This document shows positions 15,443 to 23,287 of a DNA stretch of 32,000 bases, piece by piece. The notes below the pieces were generated by a model. The model was not told the DNA's origin, ran no database searches, and saw only the letters and a program-made list of their open reading frames with translations. The position numbers and the translations under genes are program-made. Numbering within the stretch: the first letter of the stretch is position 1; every line of letters starts with the position of its first letter. Location of the stretch: the NCBI RefSeq assembly GCF_000025925.1, contig NC_014033.1, positions 1,440,001 through 1,472,000 of the forward strand. The letters are read 5' to 3'. This DNA comes from Xylanibacter ruminicola 23. Its GTDB lineage: Bacteria; Bacteroidota; Bacteroidia; Bacteroidales; Bacteroidaceae.

Positions 15443-17998
15443 ATGAGAAAGATATCGATTTATGCACTACTAAGCATTTTATCGTTAGGCAGTTGTACCA
15501 AGGAGTTTGTTTATAACGATGCTAACGACATTAAGGAAAATGCCGAACAGATATTTGGTTTGATAGATCCTAACCAGGATTGGCGCACCACAACATCAGG
15601 AACGGTAAGCATTACAGCTGATGCCGACTTGGCCGATATTGCCAAAGTACAGATTCTGACCGAGTCTCCATTTTTTAATGGCAACTCTGTTATTTTGGCC
15701 GAAGCAGAAGCCACAGCCGGACAGACCGTTACCCTGAATTACGATGCCCCACGAGGTGCCGAAACCGTCATCGCCGCTTGTACCGACGACAAGGGCCACT
15801 ACTTTATCAAGGCCATCGATTTAAGCACCAAACAGGTAAGCTTTGCTACCAAAACCGCCCAAACCCGCGCAGCCACAAGAACTGCCGAAGCAGGTATCGG
15901 CGTTAGCAATCTCACCCTTGATGGCAGCAACGTTACCAGATCGCTGAATGCCAATAGAGAGATTTATGCAGAATTGGGCACAAACTCCGACAACAGCTAC
16001 ATGACAAATTTCACAACTTCTAAGAAAATCTACCCTTGGGAGAACAACAACTGGAAGAACGAAGCCCAGTGGCAGCTCACATCAACCAGCACCATAAGTG
16101 GCGGATGGAATGTTGTAGAAGGTACTGTAGTACGAGACATCTCTTCAAGCAATCCCATGTTAGAAGACGAAGCCAAGACCCTCAAGGCTATTTTCGATAA
16201 ATATCTCTCACACAAAACAAATTCCGACGGGTCGAGAGTAAATAATCTGGTATATATCCGTGAGGGATCTGCCTTAAGGTTCTTTGACAACCACTTGACG
16301 AGTGATGGCAACCCGATTACTCTCATCCCAGTTAACATGGCATCTACTGAGATAGATTGCAGCACGCTTTATTATTACTATTACAAACCCAGCGACGTTC
16401 CCAGCGGCACAAGTCTTACCGATTACGTTAAGAAGTTGCCTAAGTTCAAGGCTATTCCATGCGAATACACCAACACTAATAAGGGCGTAAATAGAGAAGA
16501 TTTCTTCAGAGTACACGAGTATCTGCTGCCCTACTACGGTGATTTTATGCCTACCACACAGACTTTCTATCCACAAAATAATGTTTATCGCATACGTAAT
16601 GTGGGTAAGACAAGCAAAAATCAGAAGAACTATCTGACATACTTTAACAGCAACAACCACAATGCCGAAAGACTTGCAAATGCCTATGAAGCCAGCGACA
16701 GCAAATTCCTCAATCAGCTGTGGCAGGTTTTCGATATTGACAACGGCAGATACCTGCTCTACAATATCGGTGCAAAGAAATTCTTAACTAACGTTGGTAA
16801 ATATATTGAGGACGGCAACAATTGGGAATTCTTCTTTACCGACTATCTACCGTTTGTAAAAGAGATACCCTATACCATCAGTATAAACGCAGACGAAACA
16901 AGACGCATCAAGTGCGTTAATACACCAACAACCTTTGTTGGAGCTACAAACAATAGTAGCAACCCACGTATAGCCAGCAACAAAACAACCAACGATGGCG
17001 AATTTATCAATTGGGCATTTGAAGCCTACAACTTTACCGCCAATATCGATGCGCTTGAATCGGTTACACTCGAGGCTGATCCTACAGATCACGCAGCCAT
17101 AAGCGACTGTATTCCATCAGGCTACCGAGTAGGCTTTATGCTGAGCAAGATTTATAATCCGAACCTGTTACAGAACTACCTGAAGGAAGCCAAAAACGGT
17201 TGTTTGTATGGCTACGGCGAAATGAACACTACCATCAACAACTTCCCCGACCACTTTAGTAGCGCTGTTACAAATAAGAAATATGGAATGGAACCTAACG
17301 ATCCTCGCATCGCCATGTTCAACGCCAACAACAAGACATTCCTTGCTTTCGAGGATGGATCTGATACCAACTACAGCGATATGATTATCGAACTGGGCGG
17401 TAATAGCGGCAGCTTCTTCGACGACCCACAGGAGGTTGAGGAGCAGGCTTATACCATGTGCTTTGAGGACCGACCGAATGTGGCCGACTACGATATGAAC
17501 GACGTGGTATTGCGTTGTACCCGCGTTTCGTCAACCGAGTTAGAGTTGTCGCTGATTGCTACTGGTGCTAACGACCCCGTACTTATCAACGGTATTGTAG
17601 GCGATTACGTGAGCGGTACCGAACTTAAGAACAAAGAAGTACACGGGCTGTTTGGCGTAGAAACCTCAACATTCGTCAACACCGTGACATCAGACGATGT
17701 TTTGCCTTCGGTATCTTGCGTTTACAGAGTAGATGCATCAACAAGCATCAAGCAGTTCCTGAGCAACATCTACATCACCAACAATGGTCAGGGCGGTCGA
17801 ACAATTGGCTTGCCTGCAACTGGTGAGTCTCCTTTCGCACTCATCATGCCAGGCAACTTTAATTATCCTCAGGAAAAAATCAGCATCGCAACGGCATATA
17901 CCACGTTCCGCAATTGGGTTAATAACGCCAACAACTACGGTAACTGGCCTGAGTACTACGACGATTCGAAGATATACATTAACCCTTACAACAGATAA
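15443..17998 (+). CDS. Large lipoprotein with a C-terminal LruC (DUF4842-type) domain
   Basis: Lipoprotein signal MRKISIYALLSILSLGSC. The C-terminal region AYTMCFEDRPNVADYDMNDVVLRC...FALIMPGNFNYPQEKISIATAYTTFRNWV matches the LruC-domain signature as I remember it. The ORF-track start at 15407 is a TTG upstream of the ATG. Confidence 0.7.
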   Translation: MRKISIYALLSILSLGSCTKEFVYNDANDIKENAEQIFGLIDPNQDWRTTTSGTVSITADADLADIAKVQILTESPFFNGNSVILAEAEATAGQTVTLNYDAPRGAETVIAACTDDKGHYFIKAIDLSTKQVSFATKTAQTRAATRTAEAGIGVSNLTLDGSNVTRSLNANREIYAELGTNSDNSYMTNFTTSKKIYPWENNNWKNEAQWQLTSTSTISGGWNVVEGTVVRDISSSNPMLEDEAKTLKAIFDKYLSHKTNSDGSRVNNLVYIREGSALRFFDNHLTSDGNPITLIPVNMASTEIDCSTLYYYYYKPSDVPSGTSLTDYVKKLPKFKAIPCEYTNTNKGVNREDFFRVHEYLLPYYGDFMPTTQTFYPQNNVYRIRNVGKTSKNQKNYLTYFNSNNHNAERLANAYEASDSKFLNQLWQVFDIDNGRYLLYNIGAKKFLTNVGKYIEDGNNWEFFFTDYLPFVKEIPYTISINADETRRIKCVNTPTTFVGATNNSSNPRIASNKTTNDGEFINWAFEAYNFTANIDALESVTLEADPTDHAAISDCIPSGYRVGFMLSKIYNPNLLQNYLKEAKNGCLYGYGEMNTTINNFPDHFSSAVTNKKYGMEPNDPRIAMFNANNKTFLAFEDGSDTNYSDMIIELGGNSGSFFDDPQEVEEQAYTMCFEDRPNVADYDMNDVVLRCTRVSSTELELSLIATGANDPVLINGIVGDYVSGTELKNKEVHGLFGVETSTFVNTVTSDDVLPSVSCVYRVDASTSIKQFLSNIYITNNGQGGRTIGLPATGESPFALIMPGNFNYPQEKISIATAYTTFRNWVNNANNYGNWPEYYDDSKIYINPYNR

Positions 17999-18027
17999 AC
18001 AATTCGATAAATATACACAATATGCAA

Positions 18028-18066
18028 GAGATTGTAGCCGAAAACGGGCTGCAATCTCTTTTTTTT
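18028..18066 (+). terminator. Rho-independent terminator after the LruC lipoprotein gene
   Basis: 12-bp stem GAGATTGTAGCC / GGCTGCAATCTC (one G-U pair) with a short loop, followed by T8. Confidence 0.8.
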
Positions 18067-18109
18067 AATAAAAAAAGCAAAATATGGGTGGATTATCCAA
18101 TAAGTTTTG

Positions 18110-18117
18110 TACCTTTG
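18110..18117 (+). promoter_or_regulatory. Bacteroidota -7 promoter box (TACCTTTG) for the mce-mmdA operon
   Basis: GTACCTTTGCAA lies 35 nt upstream of ATG 18152. Confidence 0.55.
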
Positions 18118-18151
18118 CAATTCGAAAATATTAATTCTAATTTTTAAGGTT

Positions 18152-18562
18152 ATGAAGATTTCGCACATTGAGCATCTGGGTATTGCCGTCCAGAGCATTG
18201 AAGAAAGCCTGCCGTATTTTACCGACGTGCTGGGTCTGGAGTGTTATGCAACAGAAGTAGTTGAGGACCAGAAAGTGAAGACAGCCTTCCTGCGTTGCGG
18301 CGAGGTAAAGCTCGAGCTGCTGGAGCCAACATCACCTGAGAGCACCATCCAGAAGTGGCTCGACAAAGGTAACAAGGGCGTACATCATGTAGCCTTCTGT
18401 GTTGAGGACGGTGTAGCCAAAGGTCTGGCCGAGGTTTCGGAGAAGGGCGTTCGCCTGATCGACGAGAAACCACGCAAGGGCGCTGAGGGATTGAACATCG
18501 CTTTCCTGCACCCCAAATCAACCTGCGGTATCCTGACAGAGCTCTGTGAGCACCCGGAATAA
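18152..18562 (+). CDS. mce: Methylmalonyl-CoA epimerase (VOC/glyoxalase fold)
   Basis: MKISHIEHLGIAVQSIEESLPYF...VKLELLEP...GVHHVAFCVED...LHPKSTCGILTELCE is the typical epimerase pattern. It sits upstream of the carboxyltransferase gene. Confidence 0.85.
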   Translation: MKISHIEHLGIAVQSIEESLPYFTDVLGLECYATEVVEDQKVKTAFLRCGEVKLELLEPTSPESTIQKWLDKGNKGVHHVAFCVEDGVAKGLAEVSEKGVRLIDEKPRKGAEGLNIAFLHPKSTCGILTELCEHPE

Positions 18563-18604
18563 AATTGAGAATTGAAAATTTAAAATATTGAATTACAAAA
18601 AGAA

Positions 18605-20170
18605 ATGAGCAAACAATTAGAAAAAATCAAGCAACTCATCGAGAAGCGCGAACAGGCCCGTCTCGGTGGTGGTGAGAAAGCTATTCAGAAACAGCACGAC
18701 CGTGGTAAGTATACCGCTCGTGAGCGTATTGACATGCTGCTCGACGAGGGTTCGTTCGAAGAGTACGATATGTTTAAGGAGCATCGCTGCCATAACTTCG
18801 GTATGGAGAAGAAGCAGTTCCTTGGTGATGGTGTAGTAGCCGGTTCAGGTACTATCGATGGTCGTCTGGTATTCGTCTTCGCACAGGACTTTACTGTACA
18901 CGCAGGTTCTCTGTCGGAGACTATGAGTCAGAAGATTTGTAAGATTATGGATATGGCCATGAAGATGGGCGCTCCTGTTATCGGTATCAACGATTCGGGT
19001 GGTGCACGTATTCAGGAGGGTATCAACTCTCTGGCTGGTTTCGCCGAGATTTTCGAGCGTAACATCCTGGCTTCAGGTGTTATTCCTCAGATTTCAGGTA
19101 TCTTCGGTCCTTGCGCCGGTGGTTCTGTTTACAGCCCCGCTCTTACCGACTTTACTCTGATGATGGAGGGTACATCATACATGTTCCTCACAGGTCCAAA
19201 GGTTGTAAAGACCGTTACCGGCGAGGATATCGACCAGGAGCACCTGGGTGGTGCATCGGTTCACGCTACCAAGTCGGGTGTTACCCACTTCACAGCTAAG
19301 ACCGAGGAAGAGGGTCTGCAGATGATTAAGACTCTGCTGAGCTACATCCCATCTAACAACATGGAGACAGCTCCTTCGAAGCCTTGCACCGATCCTATCA
19401 ACCGTATGGAGGACACTCTGAACGAGATTATCCCAGAGAACCCCAACGAGGCATACGATATGTACAAGGTTATCGCTGCTATCACCGATAACGGCGAGTT
19501 TTTCGAGGTACAGCCTAAGTTCGCTAAGAACATCATCGTAGGTTTCGCTCGCTTCAACGGTCAGAGCGTAGGTATCGTAGCTAACCAGCCTGCTTGCTAT
19601 GCAGGTGTGCTCGACGTTAACGCCAGCCGTAAGGGTGCCCGTTTCGTTCGTTTCTGCGACGCCTTCAATATTCCTATCGTATCACTTGTTGACGTTCCAG
19701 GATTCCTGCCTGGTACAGGTCAGGAGTACAACGCTGTTATCCTGCACGGTGCTCAGCTGCTCTACGCTTACGGCGAGGCTACTGTGCCCAAGATTACCGT
19801 TACTCTGCGTAAGTCGTATGGTGGTTCACACATCGTTATGGGCTCTAAGCAGCTGCATACCGACCTTAACTACGCATGGCCATCAGCCGAGATCGCCGTT
19901 ATGGGAGCATCAGGTGCTGCTGCCGTACTGTACGCTAAGGAGGCTAAGGCTAAGAAAGAGGCTGGCGAGGACGTTAAGGCATTCATCGCCGAGAAGGAGG
20001 ACGTGTACAACGAGCTGTTCGCTAATCCTTATCAGGCTGCCAAGTATGGCTACATCGATGATGTTATCGAGCCACGCAACACTCGTTTCCGCATCTGCCG
20101 CGGTCTGGCCCAGCTCGCTACCAAGCGCGACTCGCTGCCCGCTAAGAAGCACGGTAACATTCCTATGTAA
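18605..20170 (+). CDS. mmdA: Methylmalonyl-CoA decarboxylase alpha subunit / acyl-CoA carboxyltransferase
   Basis: 521 aa with [57 protein letters not shown]...AGVLD and [11 protein letters not shown]. These are carboxyltransferase (PccB/MmdA) hallmarks. Confidence 0.9.
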   Translation: MSKQLEKIKQLIEKREQARLGGGEKAIQKQHDRGKYTARERIDMLLDEGSFEEYDMFKEHRCHNFGMEKKQFLGDGVVAGSGTIDGRLVFVFAQDFTVHAGSLSETMSQKICKIMDMAMKMGAPVIGINDSGGARIQEGINSLAGFAEIFERNILASGVIPQISGIFGPCAGGSVYSPALTDFTLMMEGTSYMFLTGPKVVKTVTGEDIDQEHLGGASVHATKSGVTHFTAKTEEEGLQMIKTLLSYIPSNNMETAPSKPCTDPINRMEDTLNEIIPENPNEAYDMYKVIAAITDNGEFFEVQPKFAKNIIVGFARFNGQSVGIVANQPACYAGVLDVNASRKGARFVRFCDAFNIPIVSLVDVPGFLPGTGQEYNAVILHGAQLLYAYGEATVPKITVTLRKSYGGSHIVMGSKQLHTDLNYAWPSAEIAVMGASGAAAVLYAKEAKAKKEAGEDVKAFIAEKEDVYNELFANPYQAAKYGYIDDVIEPRNTRFRICRGLAQLATKRDSLPAKKHGNIPM

Positions 20171-20186
20171 TTGATAATAGATAATT

Positions 20187-20339
20187 ATGAATAATAACGA
20201 AGTATATGCTGCAATTGCCCTGGCCCTGCACGAGCATATGGGAAACAACGTTCACGACGTTGAAACAGGCATTATAACAATTAACGCACGCCCAACCCAG
20301 TGGAACGGCTATGCGCAAACATTCACTCAACATCCCTAA
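20187..20339 (+). CDS. Small 50-aa ORF inside the mmd cluster, a possible OadG/delta-like accessory peptide (absent from the ORF track because it is under 60 aa)
   Basis: My own translation: MNNNEVYAAIALALHEHMGNNVHDVETGIITINARPTQWNGYAQTFTQHP. It starts 16 nt after the mmdA stop and ends 2 nt before the biotin-carrier ATG. The AAIALALHEH segment recalls the Ala/Ile/His-rich C-terminus of OadG-type subunits (from memory, unverified). Confidence 0.5.
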   Translation: MNNNEVYAAIALALHEHMGNNVHDVETGIITINARPTQWNGYAQTFTQHP

Positions 20340-20341
20340 AA

Positions 20342-20770
20342 ATGAAAGAATACAAGTATACCATTAATGGAAACAAGTACGAGGTTGTGGTAGGCGATAT
20401 TACTGATAACATCGCTACCCTGACCGTTAACGGCGAACAGTATACCGTTGAAATGGAGAAGCAGGCTGAACCTGAGAAGAAGAAGCCAGTAGTTAAGGCT
20501 GCCGCAACAGCTGCTGCCGACGACGCTCCTGCAGCCAACAAGGGCGCTGTAAACAAGGCCAATGCCGTAAAGGCTCCTCTGCCAGGTGTTATTACCGACA
20601 TTCTGGTTGCCGAGGGCGACGAGGTAAAGGCTGGCGATACAGTAGTAGTTCTCGAGGCTATGAAGATGGCCAACAACCTGGCTGCCGAGAAGGATGGTAA
20701 GGTTACTGCTATTTGCGTAAAAGTTGGTGAGAGTGTGATGGAGGACGATGCTCTGATCGTTATCGAGTAA
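20342..20770 (+). CDS. Biotin carboxyl carrier protein (methylmalonyl-CoA decarboxylase gamma-type subunit)
   Basis: MKEYKYTINGNKYEVVV N-terminus, Ala/Pro-rich linker, and a biotinyl domain with the EAMKM motif (VVVLEAMKMANNL). The ORF-track start at 20300 is not an ATG and overlaps the small ORF. Confidence 0.85.
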   Translation: MKEYKYTINGNKYEVVVGDITDNIATLTVNGEQYTVEMEKQAEPEKKKPVVKAAATAAADDAPAANKGAVNKANAVKAPLPGVITDILVAEGDEVKAGDTVVVLEAMKMANNLAAEKDGKVTAICVKVGESVMEDDALIVIE

Positions 20771-20797
20771 GATTACACCTTATTAATAATAAAGAGA

Positions 20798-20836
20798 AAT
20801 CCCTGCCAATGTAGTTTGGCAGGGATTACTTTTTTC
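20798..20836. terminator. Bidirectional rho-independent terminator between the mmd cluster and the convergent ATP-grasp gene
   Basis: Perfect 12-bp stem AATCCCTGCCAA / TTGGCAGGGATT with a 6-nt loop. T6 follows on the plus strand, and the flank is T-rich on the minus strand. Confidence 0.85.
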
Positions 20837-20849
20837 TTCTGTATCGATG

Positions 20850-21905
20850 TTATCGTTTTACCACGTGCATCTTATATTTATCGGTATATTCTATGCGCAT
20901 CACGCGTGTAAAGCCATCGGCAAAGGGCCGTATGGCCAGCGCCACATGGCCCATGGTGCGACGCAGATTTATCTCAACACATGGGTGCAACAGGAACCCA
21001 TCCTTATCGGCTGTAGATACCAGCATCATATCCACGCCGAACGGTCCGCGATACTTATCCTTGAGTTTCTCGCCCATATACTGGCATATCTTTTCTCTAA
21101 CATCTGCCAGCAAACCCGCTGGTATATAGTTACTTATCAACTCCTGCTTATCTTCTTCGGTAGCAATCAGGTTGCCCGTATAGGCGCCGTTCTTAGTATG
21201 AAACAGCGATAATCCCAGATACGTAACCTGGCCGTTACCATCGCTCATAAACTCCATACCAAAATCCTTCACCTTATTATAATAAGGCTCAACCACCACG
21301 CATCCCTGACTCTTGACAATGTTCTTAATCCAGCGTTCCTGATACTCGTCGAAAGCCACAGTTAAGAAACGCACCCCTCGCCCACTACTGCTCCAGGGGG
21401 CCTTTACCACCACCTTACCGTGACGTTTCAACTCATCACGAATCTCAAAGATGGTATCAGCACAACATGAATCGCCAATAGTCCCAGGCAGCTGCAACTG
21501 GCGCAGCAAATCTATCGCATGCTTACGATGCGACAAGTCGCGAATCGCCTCTATCTGTTCCTCATTAGGCACAGCATCTACACCCTTACGCTTCAGGAAA
21601 GCGCGCAAGGCCAGATCCCAGCCCCAAGGTTCCACATCTGTAATATCCTCGTTAGCCAACTGCGATGCATGGATAAACTTCTTGGGTGTTCCACCCACTT
21701 TTGCCCTTAATCGGCCATAAGCCCTCACGGCTGTTTCCACATCATCCACCAGAATCAGATCATCGTCGCCAGCCCAAAGTGCGGGCAGGTATCCCAAGTC
21801 ATGTCGCAACTGTCGTCCAGCATGTGGTGCAGTAAAATTTGAGAGGTTTGCTGCCAAAGCAAGGTCGTGTTCTGGATTAAATACGTATAATTTTGCCATT
21901 TTCAT
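20850..21905 (-). CDS. Uncharacterised ATP-grasp fold protein
   Basis: ATP-grasp-like motifs VVVKAPWSSSGRGVRF, CVVVEPYYNKVKDFGMEF and HPCVEINLRRTMG. The start is set at ATG 21905 (MKMAKLYVFNPEHD) or 21899, because the longer ORF-track start (22067) crosses the divergent promoter region and overlaps the neighbouring gene. Confidence 0.65.
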   Translation of the reverse strand: MKMAKLYVFNPEHDLALAANLSNFTAPHAGRQLRHDLGYLPALWAGDDDLILVDDVETAVRAYGRLRAKVGGTPKKFIHASQLANEDITDVEPWGWDLALRAFLKRKGVDAVPNEEQIEAIRDLSHRKHAIDLLRQLQLPGTIGDSCCADTIFEIRDELKRHGKVVVKAPWSSSGRGVRFLTVAFDEYQERWIKNIVKSQGCVVVEPYYNKVKDFGMEFMSDGNGQVTYLGLSLFHTKNGAYTGNLIATEEDKQELISNYIPAGLLADVREKICQYMGEKLKDKYRGPFGVDMMLVSTADKDGFLLHPCVEINLRRTMGHVALAIRPFADGFTRVMRIEYTDKYKMHVVKR

Positions 21906-21916
21906 CAATTTTGGCG

Positions 21917-21924
21917 CAAAATTA
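21917..21924 (-). promoter_or_regulatory. Bacteroidota -7 promoter box (TAATTTTG) for the ATP-grasp gene
   Basis: The minus strand reads TAATTTTGCGCC only 12-18 nt upstream of the candidate ATGs, which implies a very short leader. Confidence 0.4.
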
Positions 21925-21978
21925 CTATTTTTTTTTGAGATTTTGCTAATTAGACTTTGCATTTTAATATAAAATGTG

Positions 21979-21986
21979 TATCTTTG
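21979..21986 (+). promoter_or_regulatory. Bacteroidota -7 promoter box (TATCTTTG) for the AAA ATPase gene
   Basis: GTATCTTTGCACC lies 40 nt upstream of ATG 22026. Confidence 0.55.
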
Positions 21987-22025
21987 CACCACTTTTAAAA
22001 GTACAAAGAAACAAATCAAGCAGGA

Positions 22026-23219
22026 ATGGAAGCTTTTTTCAGGACGCACAGATATCTCGTAGAGCATGCAAATGCACCGGTTCGTCGCATTCTTATGGAT
22101 GAGATAAACTGGAACGACCGCATGATTGGAATTAAAGGCACACGAGGTGTCGGCAAAACCACTTTTCTACTTCAGTACGCTAAGGAGAATTTTGATTTAC
22201 TCGACAAGCAATGTCTGTATATCAACATGAACAACTTCTACTTTCAGGGTCAGGGCATTGCCAGCTTTGCCGGTAAGTTCTACAAGCAGGGCGGTCGCGT
22301 ACTTCTGATCGACCAGGTGTTTAAGCAGCCCGACTGGAGTAGCGAGCTCCGTAAGTGCTACGACCTGTACCCCAACCTGAAGATTGTATTCACCGGTTCG
22401 AGCGTGATGCGCCTGAAGGACGAGAACCCCGAACTTAACGGTATCGTAAAGAGCTACAACCTGCGCGGTTTCTCGTTCCGCGAGTTCATCAATCTGATGA
22501 CGGGCAACAACTTCAAGCCCTACACACTCGAGGAGATTCTGCAGGATCACGAGCATATCATCAAGCAGATTCTGCCCAAGGCTTCGCCCAACAAGTATTT
22601 CCAGGATTACATCCACCACGGCTTCTACCCCTTCTTCCAGGAGCATCGCAACTACAGCGAGAACCTGCTGAAGACCATGAACATGATGACCGAGGTAGAT
22701 ATTCTGCTGGTTAAGCAGATTGAGCTGAAGTACCTTACAAAGATTAAGAAACTTTTCTACCAGATTGCCGAAGAGGGTGCCTCGAAGGCTCCCAACGTAA
22801 GTAAGCTGGCACAGGATATCGAAACCAGCCGCGCCACGGTGATGAACTACATCAAGTATCTTACCGATGCCCGACTGCTGAACCTGATTTACCCCGTTGG
22901 TCAGGAGTTCCCCAAGAAACCTACCAAGATTATGCTGCACAACTCAAACCTGATGTACGCCATCTATCCTATCCAGGTAGATAAGCAGGAGGCTATGGAG
23001 ACCTTCTTCGTTAACTCGCTGTGGAAGGATCACAAGGTTAACAGCTGCAGCACACGCGATGCCAACTACGTGGTAGATGAGAAGCTTAAGTTCCGCGTGA
23101 TAGATGCCAAGGCCACCGGCAAGCAGCGCACGTCGCCCGACATCATCTATGCGCGTTACAATACCGAGATTGGAAAGGACAACCAGATACCCCTGTGGCT
23201 ACTGGGATTCCTATATTAA
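22026..23219 (+). CDS. AAA+ superfamily ATPase of the COG1373 type (P-loop, wHTH, C-terminal PD-(D/E)xK-like DUF4143-type domain)
   Basis: Walker A GIKGTRGVGKTT, Walker B-like VLLIDQV, FTGSS...NLRGFSFREFI, an HTH-like segment VSKLAQDIETSRATVMNYIKYLTDARLL, and a C-terminal DANYVVDEK...RVIDAK. Confidence 0.7.
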   Translation: MEAFFRTHRYLVEHANAPVRRILMDEINWNDRMIGIKGTRGVGKTTFLLQYAKENFDLLDKQCLYINMNNFYFQGQGIASFAGKFYKQGGRVLLIDQVFKQPDWSSELRKCYDLYPNLKIVFTGSSVMRLKDENPELNGIVKSYNLRGFSFREFINLMTGNNFKPYTLEEILQDHEHIIKQILPKASPNKYFQDYIHHGFYPFFQEHRNYSENLLKTMNMMTEVDILLVKQIELKYLTKIKKLFYQIAEEGASKAPNVSKLAQDIETSRATVMNYIKYLTDARLLNLIYPVGQEFPKKPTKIMLHNSNLMYAIYPIQVDKQEAMETFFVNSLWKDHKVNSCSTRDANYVVDEKLKFRVIDAKATGKQRTSPDIIYARYNTEIGKDNQIPLWLLGFLY

Positions 23220-23287
23220 TAATGTACGAGTCTATTAAGTAAAAGTTACACATATAGTTATTCATTTTTTTATAGTTATCAAAGACA

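Noticed and set aside
19599-20174. A 191-aa alternative-frame ORF inside mmdA. Other out-of-frame ORFs lie inside nifJ and ThrE, for example 25551-25793, 26049-26264 and 29869-30249.
   Set aside because: These are same-strand overlapping frames inside genes with unambiguous homology. Their Ser/Leu/Arg/Thr-rich low-complexity translations give no independent support.
21906-22067. The 54-codon N-terminal extension of the ATP-grasp ORF (track start 22067), which overlaps the start of the AAA ATPase gene.
   Set aside because: The extension crosses both divergent -7 boxes and an AT-rich promoter region, and its peptide (MLYEISVRPEKSFHSCLICFFVLLK...) has no coding-like character. The ATGs at 21905 and 21899 directly follow a TAATTTTG box.
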